Shown piece after piece: positions 35,307-45,696 of a DNA stretch of 64,000 bases. Source of the DNA: an uncultured Victivallales bacterium (lineage in GTDB: Bacteria > Verrucomicrobiota > Lentisphaeria > Oligosphaerales > JABHEG01); the NCBI GenBank assembly GCA_964607765.1, contig CAZSNT010000012.1, positions 22,194 through 86,193 on the forward strand. The letters are read 5' to 3'. The translations under genes and the position numbers were made by a program. Below the pieces are notes generated by a model. It had not been told where the DNA came from, ran no database searches, and saw only the letters and a program-made list of their open reading frames with translations. Positions within the stretch are counted from its first letter, which is position 1; every line of letters starts with the position of its first letter.

Positions 35307-36956
35307 TCATCTTTTCATTTCGAGTTGGCCGCTACCCGCCGAATCCCCCCCAAACTCCCCAAAAGTGCCGGGAAGGGAACGGACGTGGGCGTCCAGCAGA
35401 CGCTTCATCTCCGCCAGCGTTGCGGCGTGTTCCGGGCTGGTTGCCAGGTTGTTCTGTTCCCCTGGATCCCTTGAAAGATGGTAAAGCTGATCTTCATCGT
35501 AGTAGGCCGGGTACTTGCCCATCGAGCCATGTTCCGCGTCTCCGCCCCCGGGAATGGCTGAGATGTGGCTGAAGGGATCTTCCGGATTCGTGCTGTGCAC
35601 CTTCTTGCCGCGTCGTTTCAGGTTGGCGTTGACCCGTTCCAGGACCCGTTTACGCTGCGCCAAGGGCATGTTCCTCACCTGATCGGTGTAGCGAAGGGCG
35701 AGGTATTTCCAGTCCCCTTTCCGTACGGCCCTCGTAAACCCCATTTCGAAGTAGAGCGAATTGCGGACCCTGTCCGTTCTGCCCTCCAGCAGCGGGCGGA
35801 TACTGACTCCGTCAAACGTGTCGGGCTCCACCGTTCCGCCAGCGAAGTCGATGATGGTTGGGGCAAAATCGACATTCGAGAGCAGCGCTTTGCTGGTGCT
35901 TCCGCAAGGGAACCCTCCCCGGCGCCAGATGATGCTCGGATTCGTGACGCCTCCCTGGTAGAGCGTGCCTTTGGCTTTCTGGCCGTGGTCGTTGAAGAAG
36001 AAGACGATCGTGTTGTCCAGGACGCCGTGGACCTTCAGCTGCTCCATCACAGCTGCCACGGCGTCATCCAGCCACAGGAGGTTCTCGCATCCCCATCCAC
36101 GAATCCCCGCCTGCTGCAATCGCTTTGGCAGCGAGTCCCGTGGTGGAAGCACGTCTGGGGGAAGGTCAAGAATGCCGTCCGCAGTCACTCTCGGATCAGC
36201 TTTCCAGGATCGCGCAGGATCCGTCGGGCCGTGTGGGATCGTTGACGCAAAATAGAGAAAGAAGGGCTTTTGATGGTAGCGCTTGACGAACTCAACAGCG
36301 CCCTCGGCGATCCAGTCCAGGTTGTGGACGGCGAGTCTCCGCGATCCGTTACCGTCAGGGTTGTTGTGATAGATGCCCGCGGAGTAGTCGAAGCCGGCTT
36401 CCGCCATGGTCTTCTTGATCCTGGCTGCGTTGTCGGCGAGCAGTTTCCGGGTTGCGGCATCCTGCGGATCGGCCTCATACTGTATTTTCTTCCATCCGGG
36501 TACCGAGACCACGTGGTTCTTGCCCACGATCCCCGTAGCGTACCCCAGCTTCTGCAGACGCTTTGGGAGATTGTCCTGCTTTGAGTCGATGTGGGTATTC
36601 CACGTCACCACTGTCTGCCCCTGCTCAGAGGCCTGCGCAGTCAGGGCCCGGCTCGCATAACGTCCGGTCAGGCAGTTGTACCTGCTCGGGGTACAGACAG
36701 GAGACACAACGTGCTGTCCGAGGAGAACGGTGCCCTCGCTGGCCAATCGGTCGATGGTCGGCGTGAAATTCCTCCCTTTCCCTTGCGGGAGGAAGTTGAA
36801 ATGCCGGGGCAGCATGTCGTCTGCAATGAAGAAGACGATGTTCGGCGGCCCTTCGGCCCGCTCTGCGGGCGCGGCCGCCACCGCCACCCCGGTGGCAACC
36901 GTGCAGGAGACAAACAGCACAGCAAGCAGGACTGATGGTAAAGACTGTCGGTTCAT
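35307..36956 (-). CDS. Cys-type sulfatase, exported
   Basis: 549-aa ORF. Signal MNRQSLPSVLLAVLFVSCTVATGVAVAAA. Blocks PPNIVFFIADD and VCTPSRYNCLTG. Confidence 0.85.
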   Translation of the reverse strand: MNRQSLPSVLLAVLFVSCTVATGVAVAAAPAERAEGPPNIVFFIADDMLPRHFNFLPQGKGRNFTPTIDRLASEGTVLLGQHVVSPVCTPSRYNCLTGRYASRALTAQASEQGQTVVTWNTHIDSKQDNLPKRLQKLGYATGIVGKNHVVSVPGWKKIQYEADPQDAATRKLLADNAARIKKTMAEAGFDYSAGIYHNNPDGNGSRRLAVHNLDWIAEGAVEFVKRYHQKPFFLYFASTIPHGPTDPARSWKADPRVTADGILDLPPDVLPPRDSLPKRLQQAGIRGWGCENLLWLDDAVAAVMEQLKVHGVLDNTIVFFFNDHGQKAKGTLYQGGVTNPSIIWRRGGFPCGSTSKALLSNVDFAPTIIDFAGGTVEPDTFDGVSIRPLLEGRTDRVRNSLYFEMGFTRAVRKGDWKYLALRYTDQVRNMPLAQRKRVLERVNANLKRRGKKVHSTNPEDPFSHISAIPGGGDAEHGSMGKYPAYYDEDQLYHLSRDPGEQNNLATSPEHAATLAEMKRLLDAHVRSLPGTFGEFGGDSAGSGQLEMKR

Positions 36957-36995
36957 TGATTCCTCCTCAGGTGAATGATCTGGCCTGGGCGTATT

Positions 36996-38060
36996 TCAGT
37001 TTCGCAGCGGCTCAACGCATTCGGGCGTGTATCGAGCGGCTCGGTACAGCGCCTGTCCTTCCGGGTCCCAGAATTCCCAGACAATCTCGCAGGTTGGCGT
37101 CACTTCGAAGATCCTACCGGTCTCACTCCAGTTCATGGCGCAGATCAAGGTGTTGCCGTTGGCAAGGCGTTGCTGTCCGGAGCCCACCGGCGTCCAGAAG
37201 GCCTCGAGAGGGTCGCCTGCATACTGCCAAACGACCTCTCCGGTGGGCGGATCAATCTCCACGACTCGCGAGTAGCCGCGGTCTTGTCGGGACCCGTTGC
37301 CGTGACCATTGTCGAACAGCAGGATGTTGCCATTGGGCAGCATGGTCGGTTGGTGTTGACCGAGGATCTCGCCAGGCCCCCATGCCCAGACAATGGCGCC
37401 GCTCTCTTTCTCGATGATGAAGATACAATGCAGATGGCGTGGGCTGACAAGTATATTTCCAGCTTTGAAGCGCGAATCACGGCGTCCCAGAGGCGTGGCC
37501 GGCAGCGATTCTACTGTGTTGATGTGCGGCCAGTCGCCCCGCCAGTCTTCCTTGACAACAGGGACAAGGGCCTCCAATTCACCAACATGTGTCGCTGCAT
37601 GCCATTCCCACACGACTTTGTTGTCCGACGTGATTTCCTGTAGGTAATCATATATCAGCACATTCGGGCTGATGTGTAGATACTGTGCACGGTCATGTGC
37701 TACAACCAGGGTGTTGCCGTTTGCCAACCGGCGAGCGTCATGGTGCACGTGTACGGGGTCCGCCCAAACAAGGTTGCTACGCCAGTCGAGCTCAACAAGG
37801 CGCCGGCGAATGTTGACACCGGGCCCATAGCCGGAACCATCGTTGATCAGCGCGAGGAGATTGCCGTTTGGCAGCATGTCCGCATGATGCCAGATGCTGT
37901 CCCCCCCATAAGCCCACTCGTGTACAATCTCGCCGTTCATGTCGATGAGATGGGCCTTCCCTTCCTTTCTGCCCCAGTAAAGTGTGTATCCCCGACAACA
38001 CTTGGCCGGCTTGAAGACACTAACCCCCCGTCGGTCTCCGCATGCAGGTCTGTTCTTCAT
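36996..38060 (-). CDS. Arylsulfotransferase (ASST)-like beta-propeller protein, no signal peptide
   Basis: 354-aa ORF. Repeated LPNGN(L/I)L, LANGNTL and DNGHGNG blocks are typical of ASST-type propellers. Its ATG overlaps the TGA of the upstream gene (ATGA at 38057-38060). Confidence 0.65.
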   Translation of the reverse strand: MKNRPACGDRRGVSVFKPAKCCRGYTLYWGRKEGKAHLIDMNGEIVHEWAYGGDSIWHHADMLPNGNLLALINDGSGYGPGVNIRRRLVELDWRSNLVWADPVHVHHDARRLANGNTLVVAHDRAQYLHISPNVLIYDYLQEITSDNKVVWEWHAATHVGELEALVPVVKEDWRGDWPHINTVESLPATPLGRRDSRFKAGNILVSPRHLHCIFIIEKESGAIVWAWGPGEILGQHQPTMLPNGNILLFDNGHGNGSRQDRGYSRVVEIDPPTGEVVWQYAGDPLEAFWTPVGSGQQRLANGNTLICAMNWSETGRIFEVTPTCEIVWEFWDPEGQALYRAARYTPECVEPLRN

Positions 38061-39163
38061 GATGCCTCTGTCCTGAGGTAGTCGATTGACTCATCCGGTT
38101 CTCCCCGGACGTGCTGTAACCGGGTTGCGATTGCCGCAGCCGTGGACGCGTCTTCCGCCTGGACCTGAAACACGACTCGTGTTCCTCCCGGGAACTGCAT
38201 CGGCCATGTGTCCGCAGCCCCGTCAGGCGTCCAGCCGATGGGCATCTGCACCACACTGTCGCCGTAGCACCGGAGCGCGTCGAGAAAGTACCTGCGGGCG
38301 TCCCGTGTGGGGGGGACGTTGTGATTCATTACCTTCAGGCCCGGCAGTTGGCGGAAGTTGTCCCACTGGTGACGGGCGTCGGCACAACAGTGGATGCCCA
38401 GCCCGCCGAAGTGATCGGCAAGACATGCAAGTTCGCCTCGGAAGAACTCCTGGAACATCTGGGGGTTGATCGCGCCCACTTCATCCACAGACATGGTAAT
38501 GCCGCCGTGCATCACGTAGTCAGGATAGTGCGCAACGAAGGTCGTGCCGTAGCGATCAAACCACTCGTCGAAGAACGCGACGAACAGCGTGCGGACCTCC
38601 TCCGCAAGGGCCTTGACGGCTTCGGGGGTCTCGATCATCGCACAGAAGAGGTCTTGCTTGTCCCAAATGAGCGCCACGATGTCCATCGGGCTCTGGATGT
38701 CCACCGGCTTCATTACCGTGCCCGCCCCACCCCTGCGGTACAGTTCGTCGGCGATGTCAAAAAGGTAGGCCAGTGACGAGGTGCTGAGCTCCGGCGCTCT
38801 TATTCGATCCGCTTCGGCGGCCGAGTGGACCAGCGGCAGCGCGAACGGATTGGTGTCGTCCGGACGATGGACATCGCACCCAAACGCTTCGGCAAATATC
38901 TCGGTGCCGGTCACGTTGCTGATGTACGGAACGCGGTCATCGACGACGAGTTCCGCCTTCCTGGACATGATCTCGTACTCGCCCCACCGCCGCTCGATAC
39001 GCTCCGCTGCTTTGTCCGGCCACAGAGGCGGTGCCGGCGGAAGCTGCGATTCCAGCTCCGGCAAGGGGAAGTTCACATGGAACATGAATGATCCCGTGCC
39101 TCCCTCCACGAAGGAATTCCACCTTGCGAGCCGGTCGTCGATCGTCTGTCTATCCTCGGTCAT
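38057..39163 (-). CDS. Uroporphyrinogen-decarboxylase (URO-D)/MtaA-like family protein
   Basis: ORF 38057..39640 trimmed to ATG 39163 (AAGGAGAG upstream). The first 159 codons overlap the upstream sulfatase and read as noise. URO-D-like layout with a C-terminal GLGIHCCADARH block. Confidence 0.6.
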   Translation of the reverse strand: MTEDRQTIDDRLARWNSFVEGGTGSFMFHVNFPLPELESQLPPAPPLWPDKAAERIERRWGEYEIMSRKAELVVDDRVPYISNVTGTEIFAEAFGCDVHRPDDTNPFALPLVHSAAEADRIRAPELSTSSLAYLFDIADELYRRGGAGTVMKPVDIQSPMDIVALIWDKQDLFCAMIETPEAVKALAEEVRTLFVAFFDEWFDRYGTTFVAHYPDYVMHGGITMSVDEVGAINPQMFQEFFRGELACLADHFGGLGIHCCADARHQWDNFRQLPGLKVMNHNVPPTRDARRYFLDALRCYGDSVVQMPIGWTPDGAADTWPMQFPGGTRVVFQVQAEDASTAAAIATRLQHVRGEPDESIDYLRTEAS

Positions 39164-39213
39164 CTGCTGTCTCTCCTTGGGCGCACTCGACACGCGGATC
39201 GCCAGTTCGGGGT

Positions 39214-40809
39214 TCAGGCAAGCGGCAGCTGCGGCGGCCAGGGGCGCGCGGCCGTGGTGGGGTTGGGATACCACGGGATGTGGTCCAGCCCGATGGCACG
39301 GGTGTTGGCCACGAGTTGCTTGAACCTGTCGCTGCGGTGGAACGGGTCGGCTTCCTCGGGGAACGGGTGCCGGAACGTGTCGGTGTGCGCTTTCAGGCGC
39401 TCTCTCATCATGGCCAGCGTGTCCTGGTGCTCGGGCGCGTCCGCCAGGTTGACCGTTTCGCAGGGGTCGGCGTCCAGGTCGTAAAGCTGGTCCGGCTCGA
39501 GACAGTGCTCGAAGGCGTGCACGTTGATGCAGCCTTGTCCCTTGAGCCGTATGTCGTTCAAGTTCGGGGCTTCGTCCAGCCGCCCCTCCCGCATGGCGTC
39601 GTAAAGCGCCCGCGTGTAGCGCACGGCGATGTACTTCCACTTGCCGAACCGCACGCCGCGCGAAAAGCCGTACTCGAAGTAGAGGTCGTCGTGGACGGCG
39701 TCAGTCGCACCGGTCAAAACAGGCAGCAGCGAAACGCCGTCGATCTGGGCGCTTTCCGGCGTGCGAACTCCGCAGATGTCCAGGACGGTGGGGACAAAGT
39801 CAACGTTCTGGGCGAGAGCTTGTGAGACGGTTCCGGGCCTGATCTGCCCGGGCCAACGCACAATGAACGGGATGCGCACGCCCGGCTCGTAGCAGCTGCC
39901 TTTGCCGTCTTCGGTGTTGTGGTCGACCGTGAAAAGAAACACCGTGTTGTCGAGCTCGCCCATGGACTCGAGCTTGTCCAGGAGCACCCCGATGGCATCG
40001 TCCGTCCACAGCATCCCGACCGTCTGGTGGTCGACGGGCAGGCCGCTTGCTGCGATGCGTTCCCGGATGGACACGCGCGATGGTTGACAATCCGGGATGC
40101 TCTCCAGAATGCCGCCTGGGGTGATTGCCGGGTCGACGTCGAGCGAGGCGTCGTGCGCCGGGCCGTGGTAGGTGGTCGTGGCCATGTACAGGAAGAACGG
40201 CTGCGCAGGCTGACAGTCGTCGAGGAAGTCCAAGGCGCCCTGGGTGATCCACTCCAGGTTGTGATACCTGAGCTTCTTCGGGACCAGCGCATCGGCATTG
40301 TTCCAGTAGATACTCGCGGCGTAGTCGAACCCGAGGCTTCGTTTGAGCTCCTCGCAGAGCCCCCGCTGATTCGCGTGCAACGCCTGGTTGACCACCGGGT
40401 CGCAGGGGTCATCGTCCGGCTGGAAGTCCTTTGTCCCCATCTCCTTGCCACTGCGTCCGGCATGCCATTTACCGACAAAACCGGTGCGGTAGCCGCCGGC
40501 CGAGAGCATGCCGCCGAGCGCGGGGACGCCCTCGAGCAGTTCCACGTTCCAGCCGATGTTGTAGACATCGTCGACGGGGTTGCCGGCAAGGAACTTCGAC
40601 GCCGTGCAGCGGCCGGGATGGTGCCCCGCCATGTAGCTGTAGCGGCTCGGCGTGCAGACACTGGCAGAGCAGTAGAACCGGTCGAACCGCATCCCCTCGG
40701 CGGCGATCCGGTCGATGTTCGGCGTCAGGACGTCGCCGCCATAGCAGCCGATGTTCGAGAAGTCCGTATCATCCATGATGATGCAGACGATATTGGGCGA
40801 ACCGGTCAT
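39214..40809 (-). CDS. Cys-type sulfatase without signal peptide
   Basis: ORF 39214..40824. ATG 40809 (MTGSPNIVCIIMDD) has GGAGAAAG upstream, while ATG 40824 has no RBS. SVCTPSRYSYMAG (CxPxR). Confidence 0.85.
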   Translation of the reverse strand: MTGSPNIVCIIMDDTDFSNIGCYGGDVLTPNIDRIAAEGMRFDRFYCSASVCTPSRYSYMAGHHPGRCTASKFLAGNPVDDVYNIGWNVELLEGVPALGGMLSAGGYRTGFVGKWHAGRSGKEMGTKDFQPDDDPCDPVVNQALHANQRGLCEELKRSLGFDYAASIYWNNADALVPKKLRYHNLEWITQGALDFLDDCQPAQPFFLYMATTTYHGPAHDASLDVDPAITPGGILESIPDCQPSRVSIRERIAASGLPVDHQTVGMLWTDDAIGVLLDKLESMGELDNTVFLFTVDHNTEDGKGSCYEPGVRIPFIVRWPGQIRPGTVSQALAQNVDFVPTVLDICGVRTPESAQIDGVSLLPVLTGATDAVHDDLYFEYGFSRGVRFGKWKYIAVRYTRALYDAMREGRLDEAPNLNDIRLKGQGCINVHAFEHCLEPDQLYDLDADPCETVNLADAPEHQDTLAMMRERLKAHTDTFRHPFPEEADPFHRSDRFKQLVANTRAIGLDHIPWYPNPTTAARPWPPQLPLA

Positions 40810-40913
40810 TGAGTCTTTCTCCATTGTGAGTGCGTCTGCGCCGCGGCGTGAAGCCGGCCCTCTCGCCGGGGCCGACTGCAGTCACCTGTCCTCAACAGGC
40901 ATGACGGCGGCTA

Positions 40914-42242
40914 TCAGTTCACCTCGATCTCGACGCCTTCGCCACTGTAGAGGTCGAGGGCGCCTTCCAGTTCGATCTTGAGCACGGTCACGTCGTCGTC
41001 AAGGGCGTCGTGGGGGATGTCGACGGAGAGGACGCCGGGGACGTTGAGCCAGCCGGCGCCGCCGACCCGCTTGTAGGTGCACTCGGCGCCGTTGCCGAGG
41101 ACCGAGATGCGGCGGATGTCGTTGCGGACGCCTTTGATGCCGGTGTTCTCTTTGGGCAGGTGCGCCAGGTAGAGGTAGATGGTGTCGCGGGCCTTGTTGA
41201 GGCTGCTGAAGTGGTAGGCGTAGCCATGGGGCAAGCCCCGGGTCGTGCCGTAGACCGCCTCGGCATGCTTGTGCACCCAGCGGCCCAGGGCCTCCAGGAG
41301 CTCGACCTGGCGGGCGGGGATTACGCCGTGCTCGTCCGGGCCGACGTTGAGAAGCATGTTGCCGCCCATGCCGAGGCATTCGCAGAACATGGTGATGATC
41401 TCGTACGGGCTCTTGTAGGCCTTCTCACTGCCGGTGTAGGACCAAGTGTTGTTGGTGGTCACGCAGAGCTCCCAAGCCCCCCCCGGCGGGTGTACAGGAA
41501 TGAACTGCTCCGGCGTCTCGTAGTCGCCGTACCCGGACAGACGAGAGTTGACGATGGTGCGCGGGCAGATGTCGTGGATGAAGTCGCGAAGCTCGGGACA
41601 GCGGTAGTCGTAGCCGGCGCGTTGCAGCATGACGTCGAACCAGAGCAGGTCGATGTTCCCGTAGTCGCGGAGGATCTCGTTCAGCTGGGCGCGGTGGAAG
41701 TCCAGGAAGCGCTCCCACTTCGCCCGATGCTCGGCGCTGTCGCTGAGGTCCACGGTGCGTTGGTGCTCGGTCCAGATCCCGCGGTAGTTGGTGGGGACGT
41801 TGCGGAGTTCCAGCAGTTCCTCGCGGGTTTTGCCGGTGATGACCGAGAAGTGATCCAGGTTTGTCCAGTCGGTGTGCGAGAAGTACAGCCCGACCTTCAG
41901 GCCGGCCGCCCGCATGGCTTCCACGTACGGTCCCACCAAGTCGCCGACGCCCTCCTGTTTCGCCAGGCTGGGGCCGTCCTGCTGCGTGGGCCATAGGGCC
42001 ACGCCATCGTGGTGCTTGGTGGTCAGCACGGCATACCTGGCGCCGGCCCGCTGGAAGAGCTGTGCCCAGGCGGCGGGGTCGTAGTCACGCGCCGTGAAGC
42101 CGGCCATCTCCGCCAGGTAGTCGTTGTGACTGACCTGGGCGTTGACGATGGGCCATGACTCGCCGCCACGGCGTCCCACCGCGTAGCTGCCCCAGTGGAT
42201 GAAGACGCCCAGTTTTCCGTCCGTGAACCACTTCTGCATCAT
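40914..42242 (-). CDS. GH29 alpha-L-fucosidase
   Basis: 442-aa ORF. Blocks GKLGVFIHWGSY, TTKHHDGVALWPT and LYFSHTDW match GH29 hallmark blocks. No signal peptide. Confidence 0.85.
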   Translation of the reverse strand: MMQKWFTDGKLGVFIHWGSYAVGRRGGESWPIVNAQVSHNDYLAEMAGFTARDYDPAAWAQLFQRAGARYAVLTTKHHDGVALWPTQQDGPSLAKQEGVGDLVGPYVEAMRAAGLKVGLYFSHTDWTNLDHFSVITGKTREELLELRNVPTNYRGIWTEHQRTVDLSDSAEHRAKWERFLDFHRAQLNEILRDYGNIDLLWFDVMLQRAGYDYRCPELRDFIHDICPRTIVNSRLSGYGDYETPEQFIPVHPPGGAWELCVTTNNTWSYTGSEKAYKSPYEIITMFCECLGMGGNMLLNVGPDEHGVIPARQVELLEALGRWVHKHAEAVYGTTRGLPHGYAYHFSSLNKARDTIYLYLAHLPKENTGIKGVRNDIRRISVLGNGAECTYKRVGGAGWLNVPGVLSVDIPHDALDDDVTVLKIELEGALDLYSGEGVEIEVN

Positions 42243-42266
42243 TGCTCGAACTCCCTCACTCCAGAG

Positions 42267-43784
42267 TCATTTGCGCTTCTTCAGGTATTGCTCGTAGTTG
42301 AGGCAGCCACCGGTATCCCGCGCGGCTCCAGCCAACTCGGCGGAAAGGGCCCTGACCAGTGCGGCATGTTCCCTGTCGTTGGCCAGGTTGATGGTCTCCA
42401 GCGGATCGCTCTCATAGTCAAAGAGGTCACGGCTCAGCAGCTTGCCATTTTGAACCCATTCGACGTAACGGTATCGCCTCGTCCGCAGCGCGTACCCCCA
42501 TCCTCTTCTCGCAAATAGACTGAGCGCCCCCTTGTGAACGTCGGCTCCGGCATCGAACAGAAGCGGCTTGATGCTCCGCCCCTGGAGCTCCTCGGGAGCG
42601 GCGACGCCCGTCATGGCACAGAGAGTCGGGTAGATGTCCAGGAACTGCACGGGTGAGTTGGTCTCTTTCACCTGTTCCGGTGAGTGCGGGTCGACGATGA
42701 TCATGGGAACGCGTGAGGCCTGCTCCAGGTTCGTGTGCTTCCCCCACAGCCCATGGTCGCCAAGATGGAAGCCGTGATCGCCCCAGAAGACGATGATCGT
42801 GTTCTCCGCCAGGCCGTTCTTCTGCAACGCGTCCAGCAGCTTCCCGACCTGGGCGTCGATGTAGCTGACGCAGGCGTAATAACCGTGCAGCAAGAGTCGC
42901 TGCGTCTGTTCCGAAACCGGCCCTTCGTCGGGAAATCCGGAATAGCCTCGGGCCTCTCCCGAGTTCCAGTAGAAGCCCGGGCTGCTGCCCTTTGCCTGCT
43001 TCTGGAACGGATGGACCTCTAACTTGCCACGGTCATAGAGGTCCCAGTATTTCTTCGGGGCGTTGAACGGCAGGTGCGGCTTGTAGAAGCCTACTCCCAG
43101 AAAGAAGGCGTTCCCGGCTGCCTTGAGCTCGCCAAGCGTCCGGACTGCCTGCAACGCCACCAATCCGTCCTTGTACCCTTCATCGGGGACGTCGGCACAA
43201 TCCGTGACCATCTTCAACTCCGGCTTTGCCACGAACGACTGCCAGTTACTCAGTCCCTTCTTTCTGCCTTCCGCAATGGCCGCTTCGAGTCTGCGCCTTG
43301 TTTCGGGAGCCTGGTAGCCGAATCTGTCCTTCTGCACTCCCGGCGGCGGTTCAGCCGCCTTCTTGTACGGAATGGACCAAGACTGCGCGTCAGAGCCCTT
43401 GTCAACGCAACGGTAATCATAGATCTTCCCCACCCCGGTCGTTGCGTAGCCGCTCTGCCTGAGAAGCTGGGGCAATGTGACAAGATCCGGGAGCTTCTTG
43501 CGCATCTTCTTGAACCCGGTGACTCCGGTCGTTTCCGGCATCAACCCGGTCATCAGGCTGGTCCGGGACGGCCCGCAGACCGCCCACTGGCAGTGCGCAT
43601 TCCGGAAGACCGTTCCCCGGCTTGCCAGCCGATCGATGTTCGGCGTGATGGCCGTCTTGTCGCCATAACAGCCAAGGCTGGGCTTGAGATCGTCGACCGC
43701 AATGAAGAGGATGTTGGGCTTGGTCTCGGCGCCGTTGAGCGTTGCTGCAAGTGCCAGACCAAGCATGATGAACAATCGTCTCAT
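42267..43784 (-). CDS. Cys-type sulfatase (iduronate-2-sulfatase-like), exported
   Basis: ORF 42267..43994 trimmed to ATG 43784 (GGGAGAAG upstream). Signal MRRLFIMLGLALAATLNGA. Blocks KPNILFIAVDD and VCGPSRTSLMTG. Confidence 0.85.
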   Translation of the reverse strand: MRRLFIMLGLALAATLNGAETKPNILFIAVDDLKPSLGCYGDKTAITPNIDRLASRGTVFRNAHCQWAVCGPSRTSLMTGLMPETTGVTGFKKMRKKLPDLVTLPQLLRQSGYATTGVGKIYDYRCVDKGSDAQSWSIPYKKAAEPPPGVQKDRFGYQAPETRRRLEAAIAEGRKKGLSNWQSFVAKPELKMVTDCADVPDEGYKDGLVALQAVRTLGELKAAGNAFFLGVGFYKPHLPFNAPKKYWDLYDRGKLEVHPFQKQAKGSSPGFYWNSGEARGYSGFPDEGPVSEQTQRLLLHGYYACVSYIDAQVGKLLDALQKNGLAENTIIVFWGDHGFHLGDHGLWGKHTNLEQASRVPMIIVDPHSPEQVKETNSPVQFLDIYPTLCAMTGVAAPEELQGRSIKPLLFDAGADVHKGALSLFARRGWGYALRTRRYRYVEWVQNGKLLSRDLFDYESDPLETINLANDREHAALVRALSAELAGAARDTGGCLNYEQYLKKRK

Positions 43785-43842
43785 TCCGCACTTCTCCCAG
43801 CCCCCGTTGAGGGCTGTCGCTTCTTGCTTGAGCCCTGTCTTT

Positions 43843-45696
43843 TCAGTCCAAACGAAGCTCAACTGCATGCATACTGTCGCCTTCCGGCAACAGAACGCTG
43901 TGTTGACTTTTCTTGCCGTCAACAGTGACGGTGACGGTGTAGCTGCCGCGGTAGCCGCGACAGGAGAAGGTCCCGTCGGCATCGGTCTTGCCATTCTCGC
44001 GGGTGCGCCATCTGGTCAGGACCAGGTCCCGGTGCGCCCTGCCGATGGCGCTGAGCCCGCCGTCCTTCCCGAACATCTGGTCGATGCCCCAAAGCTGCAC
44101 GCCGACCACCTGCGGATGGCTGAACATGAGCGTGTAGAAGTCGCGCGTGAAGTCGTAGAGCAGTTCGGGGTCCGTGGTCTGTCTCATGTCGAACTCGGTG
44201 GCGCGGATCGGGAGTTTGAACTTCGCGAACCGGTCGAGGACAGAGAGAACGCGGAGCGGGCTGGGGGGTGAACCGCCCATGTGGCTCTGCATGCCGAGAA
44301 CATCAAGGGGCGCACCGCGGTCGAGCAGGAACTGGATACGCGCCTCGTGCTGCAGGACCTTCCTGTTGTCGGTGAGAGACGACAGGATGCTGTACTCGTT
44401 CAGCGCCAGCTTCACGTTCGGCATGAGGCGTCGCCCTTCCTTGAACCAGTCCACCATCACCTCTTCGCCGCAAATGTCCTGGACATCGTGGCAGGGGATG
44501 GACTCGTTCAGCAGGTCCCACTCCTCCATCCAGAAGGACGTCGCTGCGGTGATGCTGCGCATGTGGTCGAGGATGCCGGCCTTGATGGCTTCGGGATCCG
44601 GCTTCTCTGCCTCGAGCATCTTGCGCATGGCGTTGCTCACGGACGACTTCCTGGGCCAGACCAGGCAGTGGCCGCGGAAAGGCAAATTCTGTGTCTGCAC
44701 CCAGCGCAGAGCTTCCAGCGTCACCGCGGGATCCATGCGTTCACCCCAGTCACCCACCCACGGATGCCATTTGAGGGCATTGACGAACGAGGCCGCGCTG
44801 AAGTTCTCGATGATGCGTTGCCGCTGTTGTTCGTAGTTCGGGTTCTGGGCCTCCACCACGCTGAATGCCGTGAAGGCAACGCCCCACTGGAAGGCATGCC
44901 GGTCGAGGCTCACTTCGACTTGGCAATTCGGGACCGGGGCGCCGTCGGCATCGTGCACCACGAGCTTCAGCGGTCGGGTCCGCAGCGCCTTGATCCGGGC
45001 CTCGGCCTCAGCCCGCCACGGCGCGTCCGGCTCACGGCCCCGGTACGAATAGCGGGTCTTCGGCAGGTCTTTGACGGCCTTCGACGAACCGTAGTTCAAC
45101 ATCTGCATGCCGCCTAGTTGAATACGCTGCCGTTCTATGCCGCAACGGAAGACCAGCCAAACCTGCTCCTCGGCAGTTCCCGCAGGAACTTGGGCGCGTA
45201 CGAAGAACTGCGTCCATTCACTGCCTGCGGCAACCAGCACTCCCTGGGTGAGCGGCGCCAGCCGCGCCTTCTCGCGATCACTGCGTTTCCCCAGCCCCGG
45301 GACCTCGATACCGGCCTGAACCATGCTCTGCCCGCTCTCGTCCGCCGTGTACAGCGTCCGCGCCCAGAACGACCAAAGCAGCACGTCGCCCGGCTGCGGC
45401 GGAGTCTGGACGGGGACCCGAGCGCTGTACTCCCAGCCGTACCCCCGCACCTTCGACTCCAGCTCCGCCACCCGCTCGAAACCGGGCCCTTTCGCGGGCA
45501 CCACGCCGGAGCGCCCCTTCTTGTTCTCTCTGCCCTTGGCAAAGGCCTTCAGCCAATCGCCGAGGATTGGCCGTCCGCCCGGTGGCGCCTCACGCGGGGC
45601 GCTGACACAAACGCTTGACGCCAGCAGTCCCGCCGCCGCCAACGCCGCGACTGACCGCCTCCCGAATCGTGTCGCCTTCAGCGAGTGGAGCTCCAT
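43843..45696 (-). CDS. GH10-family glycanase with N-terminal CBM-like domain, exported
   Basis: ORF 43843..45792 trimmed to ATG 45696 (AGGAGG 6 nt upstream). RR-containing signal MELHSLKATRFGRRSVAALAAAGLLA. GH10 blocks RGHCLVWP, WDLLNES, LNEYS, GMQSHM and ATEFDM. Confidence 0.7.
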   Translation of the reverse strand: MELHSLKATRFGRRSVAALAAAGLLASSVCVSAPREAPPGGRPILGDWLKAFAKGRENKKGRSGVVPAKGPGFERVAELESKVRGYGWEYSARVPVQTPPQPGDVLLWSFWARTLYTADESGQSMVQAGIEVPGLGKRSDREKARLAPLTQGVLVAAGSEWTQFFVRAQVPAGTAEEQVWLVFRCGIERQRIQLGGMQMLNYGSSKAVKDLPKTRYSYRGREPDAPWRAEAEARIKALRTRPLKLVVHDADGAPVPNCQVEVSLDRHAFQWGVAFTAFSVVEAQNPNYEQQRQRIIENFSAASFVNALKWHPWVGDWGERMDPAVTLEALRWVQTQNLPFRGHCLVWPRKSSVSNAMRKMLEAEKPDPEAIKAGILDHMRSITAATSFWMEEWDLLNESIPCHDVQDICGEEVMVDWFKEGRRLMPNVKLALNEYSILSSLTDNRKVLQHEARIQFLLDRGAPLDVLGMQSHMGGSPPSPLRVLSVLDRFAKFKLPIRATEFDMRQTTDPELLYDFTRDFYTLMFSHPQVVGVQLWGIDQMFGKDGGLSAIGRAHRDLVLTRWRTRENGKTDADGTFSCRGYRGSYTVTVTVDGKKSQHSVLLPEGDSMHAVELRLD

